A stretch of 64,000 bases of DNA from Verrucomicrobiia bacterium (GCA_963664225.1 OY760937.1:3520001-3584000); one strand, 5' to 3'; shown: positions 39,346 through 50,277, counted from the first letter of the stretch. A program made the numbers and translations. The notes: generated by a model from the sequence alone, not told the origin.

Positions 39346-39498
39346 ACCGGCCTGAAAAGCAAGTCGCAGCCACAGAGTGCCGGAACTGCGAGATCGAGGG
39401 AGTCCGAGACCGGCAAGGGATCGGCACCGGCCGGGTGTCGCAACGCACCAGGAGAATTCGTTCTAAAAACCAGGCAGGGCGGGCCGTCCTCCGGGCGG

Positions 39499-41946
39499 TT
39501 AATCCCCGCCCAGTCTGAAAATAACGCCGGTGCTCAGGTTGGTGAACGAGCCGCTGCCGGTGACCACGCGGCGGGCTGCGCGCACTGCGTAAAGGTTTCT
39601 GTCGCGCACGGGTTGTTCATCGGCAAATTTGGTTTCGTCGATCGGTCCGGCGATTCGCTCGAAGGGTTCGCTCAAGCCGCCGGAGCGATACACATAATAC
39701 CGGGTATCCGGCTCGGACGCGGCGCTCCATTCCAGGCGGACCCGGCCCCGGGATTTGCTTGAGGTCAGTTTTTTCACGGGCGGGGTGATCTGAAGGCGGA
39801 GCGTGGGGTCCCCAAGGAGTTCGGGCACGACGGAGCCGCCCGGGCGAAAGAAGTTGGTATTATTCAGGAACCGACGCATGCCGCCGCCGATCGGTTCGCC
39901 CATGGCCAGACTCTCCAACGGCAGGGTCATGGCGCGGGCCCAAACGATGCCCAGGCCGCCGTTGCCCGTTGCCAGAAAGGTGCGCATGAGGCTGTTTTCA
40001 AAATCCCACTGGCCCAGATACGAACCGTCGAGCATGGCAAAGGCCACGGGCGGTTGACGCGCGGGATCGGCCAGCATTTCCGAGGAGGTTTGTTTTGGAC
40101 CGGCATCGATGGAGCTGGGGGAGGCAAACCCGGTCCGGATGCCCAGCAGGGCCGGGGTATTGGCTTTGAAGAAATCGGCCTGCTGCATGGTCTGCGATTC
40201 GCGGCCAAACCAGCGGCTGGCGTTCATGATTCCCGTGATGTATGCGTAGCTGTTCAGGGGATACCATGGATTATTGACCCGGTTCCCCGAATAAAAACCG
40301 CCGTTCATCAAAACACGGTTGGCAAACGGGAGTTGCCCGATGCGGTACCGGTGGGTTTTGACGAGGTATAGCCGGGTCAACTCGAGTTCGGAGACCGCTT
40401 TAATACCGGAGGGCGGCGCGGTGGAGAGTGCATTCAAATGCGAAAACTCCACGCGGCCAAATGCGAATTTCAGCGGAGAAGGGACTTCGTTCTGGTCCCA
40501 TTTGCCATCCCCGGGCAGGTTGGACGTGCTGCCGGGACGGACGTTATTGCGAGTATCGGTCCATTTCCCGGGTGTCGATACATCCGCATAGTAGCTGTCC
40601 GTGGGCCAGGGGCGGTAGAGATGACCGTCGGGGTTCACAAAACCGGAGTATGGGGTGGCCACATGCCCCAGAATGTAGAGGCTCCAGTCGTCCTGCGGCG
40701 CGGTGGCAAAGTCGGAGGCAACCATCTGGCGAATCCGGGCGATGGGATTGGTATTGGCCAGCCAGTCCGCATCGTTGTGCCGGGCGACATCATGCCGAAT
40801 CACCTGCCAGCCGTCTCCGGCGAGGTCATCGAGAAGTTGCTTCAATTCGGTTTTCAAACCACCGGCGAGTGTTTGGTCCACGAGCAACACAACATGGCCA
40901 CGGCGTTCCACAGGCGGGGCGTCGATGGAGGCGTATAACCGGGGATATCCGCCCAGGAAAGGCACCCAGGGCGAGCGGCGGACCAGCCGGTATTCGTAGC
41001 GAACGCCGGGTTGGGCGGTGGTGTCGCGGTAATCCCAGCCGGTGAGGCCTTCGGCCAGCGTGACCCAGTTGTTGGTATTGTTTGCACTGCCGGATTCGCT
41101 GCGTTGAATGGTGTTGGTGATCGTCCCGGCATTGCGCCAGAAAAGGTGGAGGGCCGGTGGCGCTGTTTCAATGACGGCGCTAAAGGCGCCTTCGTTCTGC
41201 CAGGTTTGAATCGGACTGTTGGGCACGCCGAAAGTCTCCACTTCATCGAAGGCGCCCCCTGCGGGCTGGGAGCCGCCGAGCGTGCTGCCGATGCGAAATC
41301 CGCTGGCGCGCACTTCGGGACCGGGAATAAAGGCCATCCCGCCTCCAAAAACGGGCTGGGCGGCATCGACTTCAAGCCGGGTTTCCTCGGCATTGTAGGA
41401 GAAGACGATTTCATGCCACGTATTGGATTTCCAGCCGATATCGCCGAGGAGCAGGGTGGCGGCCCGGTCATTGGTTTCCACGCAAAAGCTGATCTGGTTG
41501 CCATCCGGTGTCAGGTTCAATACCCACACCCCGGGGTATGGCGGTTTGTCTGAGAAACTGCCGACCTCGATCAGTCGGCCATAAACCCCGGGGCCGGTTC
41601 CCCCAAGTTTGGCGCTGGTCCAATCGGGCTTGAAGAAGAAGCGAATCGTGCCGCGCGCGCAGTCCAGGTTCACCCGCCCGTCAGGCTCGACGAGGCGGTA
41701 TTGCAGCACCGCGTTCGAGCCGGAGGCCAGCCGCACGGCGCTGCCATTGAAGCTGGGAACCTTTTCGAGATTGGTGGCGATCAGCGGTTTCTGGCCATCG
41801 TCGCCCGCCCAATTCGCCGAGGCAAAGCGCCAATGAGCCAGGGGGCGGCCGGGTTCCGCACCGTCTGCCGCGAAGGTTGCAAGAGTCGCGGCGCATAAAA
41901 CGATGGCTCCCAGAATTGTGGAACTTAAAGCAGAATAGTGCTTCAT
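39499..41946 (-). CDS. Secreted LamG-like + peptidase C25-like + Fn3-like protein
   Basis: Signal peptide; LamG-like GTIRFFFKPDW and WHEIVFSY; ILGHVATPYSG, TDSYYAD, FGRV, LLGDPTL. Confidence 0.65.
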   Translation of the reverse strand: MKHYSALSSTILGAIVLCAATLATFAADGAEPGRPLAHWRFASANWAGDDGQKPLIATNLEKVPSFNGSAVRLASGSNAVLQYRLVEPDGRVNLDCARGTIRFFFKPDWTSAKLGGTGPGVYGRLIEVGSFSDKPPYPGVWVLNLTPDGNQISFCVETNDRAATLLLGDIGWKSNTWHEIVFSYNAEETRLEVDAAQPVFGGGMAFIPGPEVRASGFRIGSTLGGSQPAGGAFDEVETFGVPNSPIQTWQNEGAFSAVIETAPPALHLFWRNAGTITNTIQRSESGSANNTNNWVTLAEGLTGWDYRDTTAQPGVRYEYRLVRRSPWVPFLGGYPRLYASIDAPPVERRGHVVLLVDQTLAGGLKTELKQLLDDLAGDGWQVIRHDVARHNDADWLANTNPIARIRQMVASDFATAPQDDWSLYILGHVATPYSGFVNPDGHLYRPWPTDSYYADVSTPGKWTDTRNNVRPGSTSNLPGDGKWDQNEVPSPLKFAFGRVEFSHLNALSTAPPSGIKAVSELELTRLYLVKTHRYRIGQLPFANRVLMNGGFYSGNRVNNPWYPLNSYAYITGIMNASRWFGRESQTMQQADFFKANTPALLGIRTGFASPSSIDAGPKQTSSEMLADPARQPPVAFAMLDGSYLGQWDFENSLMRTFLATGNGGLGIVWARAMTLPLESLAMGEPIGGGMRRFLNNTNFFRPGGSVVPELLGDPTLRLQITPPVKKLTSSKSRGRVRLEWSAASEPDTRYYVYRSGGLSEPFERIAGPIDETKFADEQPVRDRNLYAVRAARRVVTGSGSFTNLSTGVIFRLGGD

Positions 41947-41986
41947 ATTAATGTATAACGCTTCCTCCGTGAGACCGCATGGCAGA

Positions 41987-42238
41987 TTATGACCGACCGA
42001 TCACCCGATGGACCTTCCCGGCGGCGGTTTCAGATTTGGCAGGCCTTCGAACGTCAACCCAGGATGGCGGATTCGAGGCCCAATCCTTGACTTTTGCGGG
42101 TGTATTCCGGCCTTGCAGTTCAGTGGCAATTACGTACTCCGGGATGATAACATTCAAAAACAGCTTCGGCAGGATGTGAATGGCATCAATAACGACGAGA
42201 TAGCGGATTGGAGAGGCGTCTGATACAACAAGATTCAT
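41987..42238 (-). pseudogene. Truncated DUF3368-type PIN toxin
   Basis: VVSDASPIRYL...VIIP...EL...PPSW. Ends at 83 aa without the C-terminal LD.GE.EAI part. Confidence 0.65.
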
Positions 42239-42537
42239 GTGGGTCCGAAGATGCTGCAGATGCTCTTCCGATCCTGCTCCAAATCTTCGAGATCATAGTG
42301 CCTGTCGCACTGGTGGCTGGCCAAAAACGCCTCGGTGTCTTCCCAATCCAAATGCAGCATCTGAGCTACCTGGCCGCGCGCGAGTTCCCCGGACCGGTAT
42401 CCTTCAATGGCGGCCTGCTCTAATAAATGCCGTCCGATCTGTTCCGGTGCAGCCCCATATCGGCTTGCAACATCGCCAGGCAGTTCCACCGTGACGGAAA
42501 CGCTTTCCTTTCGGCGATTTTCGTTTGCTCCTCTCAT
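42235..42537 (-). CDS. UPF0175-family putative antitoxin
   Basis: AIEGYRSGEL..GQVAQML...YDLEDLEQD; ATGA coupling to the PIN gene. Confidence 0.8.
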   Translation of the reverse strand: MRGANENRRKESVSVTVELPGDVASRYGAAPEQIGRHLLEQAAIEGYRSGELARGQVAQMLHLDWEDTEAFLASHQCDRHYDLEDLEQDRKSICSIFGPT

Positions 42538-42645
42538 GTTCAAAATATACCACTCCACACCTTGTCCTTTCAAGTTTTGTCGGGATTAGTCCTGGGCTGG
42601 CGTCTGGCGGCCGTCACTGGCGAAGCTCTCAGGCGGGAGCCGTCT

Positions 42646-43650
42646 TCAGCCGTGATTGGCAAAAATCTGGCGGATCACGTCCTCAATGGGGACTTCCTGA
42701 ATGTCGATGTCCTGCACGGGCAGAGCGTCGAGCAGGCTTTTGCAGGCGGAAATGACACGTTCCCGGGGCACCTTGATCAGGATGCGTCCATGATCCGCCT
42801 CCACGACCTCGCCGTATTGCTCGAGATGCAGACCGACCAATGGGGTTGCTGGTGGACATTGAATGCTGACGAGCTTGAACCCGGCAAAGCGATCGAGGAT
42901 TTCCGCCAGGAGGCCGTCGAAGAACAGGGTCCCCTTGTCGATGATGATGACACGTGGGCAGAGGGCCTCGATGTCCGCCATGTAATGACTGGTGAGCACG
43001 ATCGTGGTGTGGCGGGTCCGGTTATGGTGCAGGAGAAACTCCCGGATGATTTTTTGGGATGTGACATCCAAACCGATGGTCGGTTCATCCAGCAGGAGCA
43101 CCTTGGGCTGGTGGAGCAGCGAGGCGATGAGCTCGAACTTCATGCGTTCGCCCAGGGACAATTCCCGCACCATCACGCCGAGCTTGTCGGTTACGGCGAG
43201 CATGGAGGAGAGTTCGTCCAGGGTGGCTTCGAAGGCGTGCGGGTCCAGACCGTAGATTTTGGCGTTGAGTTCGAGGGATTCGCGGGCGGGCAGATCCCAC
43301 CAAAGCTGGTTTTTCTGGCCCAGCAGCAGGGCGAATTGGCGTCGGTATTCGTCCCGGCGCTCCCAGGGGGCGAAGCCCAGCACGCGGGCATCCCCACTGG
43401 TGGGATAGAGCAGGCCGGAAAGCATCTTGAGCGTGGTGGTTTTGCCCGCGCCGTTGGGTCCCAGGAAACCGACGAATTCACCCGGTTGAATCGAGAAACT
43501 GACATCCCGCACCGCATGGGTCAGCTCGAATTCGCGATGCCAAAGCCCCTTGAGGGCGCCCGCCAGGCCGGGCTGTTTCTTATAGCGGCGAAACACCTTG
43601 CCCAGGTGTTGCACCAGGATCACGGCGTCGTTGGGTGGGTTTTCCTTCAT
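42646..43650 (-). CDS. ABC transporter ATP-binding protein
   Basis: GPNGAGKTT, LSLGERMK, LLLDEPT, SH. Confidence 0.93.
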   Translation of the reverse strand: MKENPPNDAVILVQHLGKVFRRYKKQPGLAGALKGLWHREFELTHAVRDVSFSIQPGEFVGFLGPNGAGKTTTLKMLSGLLYPTSGDARVLGFAPWERRDEYRRQFALLLGQKNQLWWDLPARESLELNAKIYGLDPHAFEATLDELSSMLAVTDKLGVMVRELSLGERMKFELIASLLHQPKVLLLDEPTIGLDVTSQKIIREFLLHHNRTRHTTIVLTSHYMADIEALCPRVIIIDKGTLFFDGLLAEILDRFAGFKLVSIQCPPATPLVGLHLEQYGEVVEADHGRILIKVPRERVISACKSLLDALPVQDIDIQEVPIEDVIRQIFANHG

Positions 43651-43853
43651 GAGTCAATACCGACAAACCACAGCTAAACGCCAGACGCGCGCGCAGGCAA
43701 GCATGAACAAATCGACAAAGCGCGCCAAAACGGGCGCAAATCGTGTCCGGCGAAGCGATCAGAGGATGCTTTCGGCTTTCCCGGAGCGGCATAATGGGTT
43801 ATGAGAGAGATGCGGTGCGGGTCGGTGGATTCGCGCCGCGGTTATATATCGAC

Positions 43854-45311
43854 ATGGACAGACTCTTACTCATCGATGACGAAGCGGATGTGCAATACTC
43901 CTTCCGCCGGATTTTTGACACTCCCGAAATCGAGCTGAGCACTGCGGCCAGCGGCGAGGAGGGTCTGGCACAGATTCCCCATTTCAAGCCGGACCTTGTC
44001 ATCATGGATATCCGCATGGGCGGCATGAACGGTTTGGAAACCCTGCGCCGGTTGCGCCTGATCGACTCGAAACTGCCGGTCATCATGATGACCGCCTATG
44101 GCACGACCCAGACGGCCATTGAGGCGATGAAGCTCGGGGCCTACGACTACATGCTCAAGCCCTTCGACGTCCCCAAGCTCAAGGAGATTGTGTATGCGGC
44201 GCTCAAGGCCTCGCGCGACATGCGCCAGGTGGTCACGTATCAGAACACGCCGGACGCCGAGGACGTCGCCTCGGGCATCATCGGACACACGGAAATCATG
44301 CAGGGGGTGTTCAAGCTCATCGGGCGGCTGGCCGCCTCGGACGCCACGGTGCTGATCACCGGCGAGAGCGGCACCGGCAAGGAATTGGTGGCGCGCGCCA
44401 TTTACCACCACAGCCAGCGCAGCGACCAGCCTTACCTGGCGATCAATTGCGCGGCCATTCCCGAAAACCTGCTCGAAAGCGAACTTTTCGGCCACGAAAA
44501 AGGGGCGTTCACCGGCGCCGCCACGTTGCGCATCGGCAAATTCGAGCAATGCCACCGGGGCACGATTTTCCTGGATGAAATTGGGGACATGAGCCTGCCC
44601 ACGCAAACGAAGATTCTGCGCGTGCTTCAATCCGGGTCCTTCGAGCGCGTGGGCGGCAGCCAATCCATTCAGGCCGATGTGCGCGTGATCGCCGCCACGA
44701 ACAAGCCATTGGAAAAGGCGGTGGCCGACCGTCAATTTCGCGAGGACCTCTTTTATCGCCTGAATGTGGTGCGCATCGAAATGCCGCCGCTGCGTCAGCG
44801 TGCCGGGGATGTTCCGTTATTGGCGGCGTATTTTCTGCGGAAATTTGCGCGCCAAAAACAACGGCCGCCCAAGTCCATTTCCAGCAAGGCGATCGCCATG
44901 CTCCAGGAATATCGATGGCCGGGCAATGTGCGGGAACTCGAGAATGCGATTCAGCGCGCGATTGTCGTCAGCCAGGGAGACGTGATTCTGGCGGAGGATT
45001 TTCCTTCGGAAATCATGGGGGGTGCGCAGGGGTTCGCATCGGGTAAAATGGCATCGACTGTGCCGTCAATTTCACCCGTTGAGGCCCAGTCTCTGGATAT
45101 TCCGACGCTGGCCGGACAGTTATTCGCGTGGGCGCGCAAAAGCCCGAACTTGAAAGTGCTGCCCGCCATTGAGCGCGCGCTGGTCATTCAAGCCTTGAAG
45201 GAGACCAAGGGGAATCAGTTGCAGGCCGCGAAACTGTTGGGAATTACCAGGGCGACACTGCGCAAACGGGTGGAAAAATTCGGCATTCGCCAGGAATTCA
45301 ACGCGCAATAA
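43854..45311 (+). CDS. NtrC-family sigma54 response regulator
   Basis: REC domain, [24 protein letters not shown], Fis HTH. Start at MDRLLLIDD. Confidence 0.95.
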   Translation: MDRLLLIDDEADVQYSFRRIFDTPEIELSTAASGEEGLAQIPHFKPDLVIMDIRMGGMNGLETLRRLRLIDSKLPVIMMTAYGTTQTAIEAMKLGAYDYMLKPFDVPKLKEIVYAALKASRDMRQVVTYQNTPDAEDVASGIIGHTEIMQGVFKLIGRLAASDATVLITGESGTGKELVARAIYHHSQRSDQPYLAINCAAIPENLLESELFGHEKGAFTGAATLRIGKFEQCHRGTIFLDEIGDMSLPTQTKILRVLQSGSFERVGGSQSIQADVRVIAATNKPLEKAVADRQFREDLFYRLNVVRIEMPPLRQRAGDVPLLAAYFLRKFARQKQRPPKSISSKAIAMLQEYRWPGNVRELENAIQRAIVVSQGDVILAEDFPSEIMGGAQGFASGKMASTVPSISPVEAQSLDIPTLAGQLFAWARKSPNLKVLPAIERALVIQALKETKGNQLQAAKLLGITRATLRKRVEKFGIRQEFNAQ

Positions 45312-45360
45312 CGCGCGATTCTTCGCGGGCTCGCGTGAAACGGATCGCGGCGCTATCGTT

Positions 45361-45558
45361 TTATTGTTTTGGACGGCGGCCCAGGCCCCAGATGAGCCAG
45401 ACGGCAAGTGCGACCAGGAGAATGAGCCACCAGAGGTAGCGCAACTCGCGGGCGGCCATCTCGACGAAGGCGAACATGCTGGGAAAAATAACGATCAGTA
45501 CCAGCACCACCACCAGCAGCACGAGCATTTGAATGGCGGCTCTTAATCGCGGATTCAT
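45361..45558 (-). CDS. Small two-TM protein (65 aa)
   Basis: MNPRLRAAIQMLVLL...; ATGA overlap with the SPFH gene. Confidence 0.7.
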   Translation of the reverse strand: MNPRLRAAIQMLVLLVVVLVLIVIFPSMFAFVEMAARELRYLWWLILLVALAVWLIWGLGRRPKQ

Positions 45559-46466
45559 CGAGCCCGAGTGGTGCCGAACGGTTGTGTGGACAATCCGGTT
45601 CGGTTGGTTGCCGGTTTCATGTGTTTGCTGATGTCGTCGATGGAAAGCAGGAGATTCGCCCCGCTGCCGGAGGCGCCGACAACCATGGGGGATCGACCGT
45701 TCCAATTCTGGAGAATCTGGAGTTTGATGAAATCGGGATTGGCCTTGAGCGCGGTGCCGCGGACTGCGATGGCGTCGGCCTCGCCCTTGCCGCGAATGAT
45801 CGCGGTTTCCGCGTCAATCTGGGCCTTGAGCTGCGTGAACTTGGCCTTGGAGGCTTCCTGTTCCTGGATCATCTTCATTTCGATGGCGGCTTCCAGTTCC
45901 GACGAAAGCGTCAGGTTGTAGATGACCAGATCCACGACATCGAGGAAATTGGTGCCGATCTTGCGGCGCGCCAGTTCCAGAGCCTTGGTTTTTACCTCTT
46001 CGCGGTTTTTGACAATCTGCTCCGCGCTTTGCGTGGCGGCGACTTCCTTGAGGGCTTCCTGCACACGCGGAGAGATGAGACTGTCGAAGGGATCACCCGC
46101 GAAATCCTGGTAAATCTTCACGACCGAACGCTCGGGAACGCGATAGAGCACATGCACCTCCATCTTCACCTGCTGAAGATCCGAGGAATAACACTCTGCG
46201 GGCATCGGCTTGGTCTGCTGGCGGATGGACAGCGGCACAATGGTCGTAACAAAAGGCTGTTTGAAACCGAAACCCTCCGGTTTGAATTGTGGCGACACTG
46301 TTCCCAGGGTGACGGCCACGCCGCGAAAACCCGGTTGAACAACATAGGTGGCCGAGGAGGCCAGGAGGATCACAACGAAAATCAGAATCGCCGCGCCCAC
46401 CAATCGCGCCAGATGGACGGGATTGATCTCTCCAAGTCTTGCGGGGTCAAATTGAGGCTTGTTCAT
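45555..46466 (-). CDS. Prohibitin/SPFH protein
   Basis: VQPGFRGV, SSDLQQV, AAIEMKMIQEQEA. Confidence 0.92.
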   Translation of the reverse strand: MNKPQFDPARLGEINPVHLARLVGAAILIFVVILLASSATYVVQPGFRGVAVTLGTVSPQFKPEGFGFKQPFVTTIVPLSIRQQTKPMPAECYSSDLQQVKMEVHVLYRVPERSVVKIYQDFAGDPFDSLISPRVQEALKEVAATQSAEQIVKNREEVKTKALELARRKIGTNFLDVVDLVIYNLTLSSELEAAIEMKMIQEQEASKAKFTQLKAQIDAETAIIRGKGEADAIAVRGTALKANPDFIKLQILQNWNGRSPMVVGASGSGANLLLSIDDISKHMKPATNRTGLSTQPFGTTRAR

Positions 46467-47299
46467 TATTTACCCTCCTTCAAAGAAGGTTGCCCGCCTG
46501 AAATGAATTCGCCCAGCGGCAGAATCATGTTCGCGCCGGTGGCTTCCGGCCCGACGACCAGTGGCGTGACGCCATCCCACAATTCGACGATTTGTAATTC
46601 CAACACACTTGGATTCTCCCGCAGCGCCTTGCCGCGGAGGTTGATTGATTCCGCCTCACCCCTGGCCTTGATCACCACGGTGCTGGCTTCGATTTCCACC
46701 TGCTGTTGGGCGAAACGCGCGCGCGCCGCCTCCTGTTGCTGGACCATCTTGGCCTCGATGGCGTTCTCCAGCGATTTGGTCAGGGTGATATCCTCCAAAA
46801 CGATGTCTTCGATCACCAGCACATCCCCCACTTTGCGACGGGCCGTTTCGAGCGCCTTGCTTTTGATTTCCTCCCGTTTCTGCACGATCAATTCCGCGGT
46901 GCGCTGGGCGGTGATTTCATTGATGGCCTCCGCCACACGCGGCTGAATGAGCGACGCAAACGGCTCGCCGCTGAAGTCGCGAAAAACGCTGACCACGGAA
47001 GATTCCGGCACGCGGTAGAGCACCCGCACATCGATCTTCACCTGCTGCAAATCCGAGGAGTAACAATCGGCGCGCATCTGGGCGGTCTGCTGGCGGATCA
47101 ACTGCGGAGAGATCATGGTGATGAAGGGCAGCTTGAAGCCAAAGCCCTCCGGTTTGAACACCTTGGACACCTTGCCCATGGTCACCTCCACGCCGCGATG
47201 ACCGGGTTCAACAACATAGGTGGCGGAGGAGCCTGCCATGATTAATACAAAGATAATCACCGCGCCGCCAATCAATCTGAATAGAGTCTTGGATTCCAT
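46466..47299 (-). CDS. Prohibitin/SPFH protein
   Basis: Paralog of the adjacent gene: VEPGHRGV, SSDLQQV, WDGVTP. Confidence 0.92.
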   Translation of the reverse strand: MESKTLFRLIGGAVIIFVLIMAGSSATYVVEPGHRGVEVTMGKVSKVFKPEGFGFKLPFITMISPQLIRQQTAQMRADCYSSDLQQVKIDVRVLYRVPESSVVSVFRDFSGEPFASLIQPRVAEAINEITAQRTAELIVQKREEIKSKALETARRKVGDVLVIEDIVLEDITLTKSLENAIEAKMVQQQEAARARFAQQQVEIEASTVVIKARGEAESINLRGKALRENPSVLELQIVELWDGVTPLVVGPEATGANMILPLGEFISGGQPSLKEGK

Positions 47300-47520
47300 G
47301 AAACGTTAACTTTACGTATATTATCCAGCCGTTCTCATAAAAGCGAGGGAAATCGGATTCGGGGGAGACCTCTATTTCAGGAATTGGCGCGTGAATAACT
47401 CGCTGAGCCGATGGCGTCCGTAAGGAGTGCCTGCAACGCCGTGGCCACATTCGATTGCTCGGCATAATGCGGTCCCATGCCAGCGATCCCATTTTATTAA
47501 TAAACCTCTTTCAGCCCCGC

Positions 47521-48645
47521 CTACTCACCGGCCTTTCCAACCGCCTTTTCCGCGCCCGTGATTTCCGAACAGAAGTTGAAAAAGGCCCGCTTGCGTTCCG
47601 AGCTGATCCCCCAGTTTACCGGCGGAGATTGATAACCTTCGTCGAACGTCTCCCCTTTGCGCCGATAGTCGAACCAGCCCCATGAGACGTGGTCGCTCAA
47701 GGCGGCGGTAAAATTGTTCGTCGGTTGATCGAATTTCTCGTGGTCGTCCTCGTTGATGAGAATCGGCATCGGCTTGAACGTGGGCACGGCGCGCGTCTTG
47801 CGGATCAAGTCTGAAATATTTTCCGGCTTGTTCGCGCCATTGCCGTGTATGAGCAGAAAGTCCGAGACCGCAACCACGTTGGCCGTTGGGACGACGCAAC
47901 CGCCAAACGACGTGCCCGCCAGCAGTCCGTGGCCATCGCTGGCTTTCGTCGCGCGCACTCTCCCGATGAGTTCCGAAACGCGGTCAGGGCGCAGGATCGG
48001 GGGCTGATAGCCGGGGTTCGTCTCGTTGTTGATTTCCACCAGCACATTGCGCCAGCCGCCTTCCAGCAGCCAATGCGTGACTTCGTCCGTTGCGCGGAGC
48101 ACCGCCGTGTCGTTCGCGAAACGGGGCGATTGTCCGAAATAAAAATAGCCGACAATGACGACCATTCCCTGATCGTCTGCGGCATCCAGGACCCGGCGCA
48201 TCCGTTCTGCGAACTCCGGTCGCAAGGCGCCATCGGCAGTGAAAGCCCCGGTTTCCCAGGGTTGCGCGCTGGAATAACCCTCAGGGGAGCCGCCTTGGAA
48301 ATTCACCGTGACTGCGAGCAGGCCATGACGTTTCCATTCCGGCATCGCCGCGATGAAAGCGCGCACGTTGCGCTCTGCGTCCCACTTGCCGGTGTCCGCG
48401 TAAGCCCAGCGCGTCGTGGTTTTCGGATTCAGGTCATCGAAGATCGCCTGCACCATGCGCGAATTGAGCAACAGTCCTTCGACACGATGCCCCTTCCACG
48501 AACGCCCTGCGTAGGTCGGCTTGCCGTTGATCTGAAAATCCTCGCCAACGATGCGCACATTTGTCTTTCGCGGCGGCTGGTCGGCTGCGCTGGGCTGTTG
48601 GCAAAGAACGCTCAGTAGCGCGAGGAGCATGAGGTATGGTTTCAT
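47521..48645 (-). CDS. Secreted TIM-barrel glycoside-hydrolase-like protein
   Basis: Signal peptide, FQINGKPTY, EINNE (clan GH-A-like acid/base), INED. Confidence 0.55.
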   Translation of the reverse strand: MKPYLMLLALLSVLCQQPSAADQPPRKTNVRIVGEDFQINGKPTYAGRSWKGHRVEGLLLNSRMVQAIFDDLNPKTTTRWAYADTGKWDAERNVRAFIAAMPEWKRHGLLAVTVNFQGGSPEGYSSAQPWETGAFTADGALRPEFAERMRRVLDAADDQGMVVIVGYFYFGQSPRFANDTAVLRATDEVTHWLLEGGWRNVLVEINNETNPGYQPPILRPDRVSELIGRVRATKASDGHGLLAGTSFGGCVVPTANVVAVSDFLLIHGNGANKPENISDLIRKTRAVPTFKPMPILINEDDHEKFDQPTNNFTAALSDHVSWGWFDYRRKGETFDEGYQSPPVNWGISSERKRAFFNFCSEITGAEKAVGKAGE

Positions 48646-48933
48646 AAATAAAAATCCGGGCGGTTGGGTTTGTCCTGGGCATCGTCAGGTCTGACCGAGA
48701 CTCCGCGGTGACCATTGTCCTGGCACGATTTCATTGGTTGCAAACCGTTCTTCTACGGATCACCACTGTGGCAGGTCAACTTCTTTCTCCAATGTCCTCA
48801 TGCGCGCAACAGTGCGCCGGAAGCGCATTTTGGGTCATTCCTTTATTTCTGTTCAATACAATCGGAACGGGTTATGCTTTAGTACATCCGATGCACGCAA
48901 TAAGCCGGTTGAATTTGCGAACGTCTTTAATCC

Positions 48934-50133
48934 ATGGAGAATCAAGCTAGCATTCTTGATTATGTGATCGGCCTGACCGTTCTTGGGGCTGTGGTCGCCG
49001 GCATCGTCTGGTTGTGCGTCCACGCCGTGCGTCGCAGCTCAGATCCCCTGCGCCTGGTGTTTTACATGGTGGCTTCGCTGGTTGTGATAATCGTATTCAG
49101 CGGTGTCCTTGGCGGTGGCCGCAATCTACTCAGCATGTTTATCTTCCTGTTTGCCCTCTGGGCTTCGTTCATCCCCGCCGCCATTGGCAGCGCTGTTGGC
49201 AGCCTTTACGACGGCCGCAACATTCCCCAGGTGCCCGAGCCGTTCTATTCCACCGCCGAAGGCAGGCGCAACGCCGGCCAGTATCCGGAGGCCATTGAAG
49301 CCATCAGGGCTGAACTGGCCAAATTCCCCACCGACTTCAAAGGCCAGATGTTGCTGGCCGATATTCAGGCCGAAAACCTCAAGGACATCGTGGCTGCGCA
49401 TGAGACACTCCAGAACATGATCGCCCAGCCGGGACATGACTCCAAGAATATCGCCTTCGCCTTGAACCGGCTGGCCGACTGGCATATGAAACTCGACAAG
49501 GATTTGGCGGCGGCAAAACAGGCCATTCAATGGATCATCGACATTGTTCCCGGCACCGAGGCCGCCTACCAGGCCACCCAGCGTCTGGCGCATATGGATC
49601 AACTGGCACCCGGCGCTGAGCGACGGCGCTTTGTGGTGACGGAACAGACCCGATACATCGCATTGGAGGACGGTTTCGATGGCTTGAAACCACTGCCAGA
49701 GGACTATGAAGCCACGGCTGCGAAACTGGTCAAGCGCCTCGAGGAGCAACCCGCGGATAATGAGGCCCGCGAGCTGCTGGCGATCCTCTACGCGAGGCGC
49801 TTCCAACGCATGGATTTGGCCCGCGAGCTCATGGAGCAAATGCTCATTCAGCCCGGCGCTCCCATCAGCCATCGCGTCCACTGGCTCAATCTCCTGGCCG
49901 ATCTCTACATCACCGTCGCCGCAGACCCCGGCGCTGCCCGCGAGGCGCTCCAGCGCATCGTCGAAACCTGCCCCGGCACCGTGGAGGCCGAAAAAGCCAG
50001 CCAGCGTCTCCTGTTCATCGATCGCGACCTTAAGAATCAAAAGGAAGGCGCCACGCTGCAGCTCGGTGATTATGAGCCACATATCGGCCTGAATGATCCA
50101 AAATCCCCTTCCACTGATAAACCGCGTGCTTGA
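48934..50133 (+). CDS. Membrane-anchored TPR-like protein, paralog 1
   Basis: Three N-terminal TMs followed by helical repeats. Confidence 0.8.
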   Translation: MENQASILDYVIGLTVLGAVVAGIVWLCVHAVRRSSDPLRLVFYMVASLVVIIVFSGVLGGGRNLLSMFIFLFALWASFIPAAIGSAVGSLYDGRNIPQVPEPFYSTAEGRRNAGQYPEAIEAIRAELAKFPTDFKGQMLLADIQAENLKDIVAAHETLQNMIAQPGHDSKNIAFALNRLADWHMKLDKDLAAAKQAIQWIIDIVPGTEAAYQATQRLAHMDQLAPGAERRRFVVTEQTRYIALEDGFDGLKPLPEDYEATAAKLVKRLEEQPADNEARELLAILYARRFQRMDLARELMEQMLIQPGAPISHRVHWLNLLADLYITVAADPGAAREALQRIVETCPGTVEAEKASQRLLFIDRDLKNQKEGATLQLGDYEPHIGLNDPKSPSTDKPRA

Positions 50134-50277
50134 TCCTGGACGATGGGTGTCTGGTCCATGCCTGTACCCAAGGCCGGCGCAATGCCTTTTTTCTGTCCAA
50201 TACGACCGCAAAGGTTTACATTGCATCCGATCCGTCACACGCAATAAACCGTTTGAACCCGCAAACACACTAATTCC

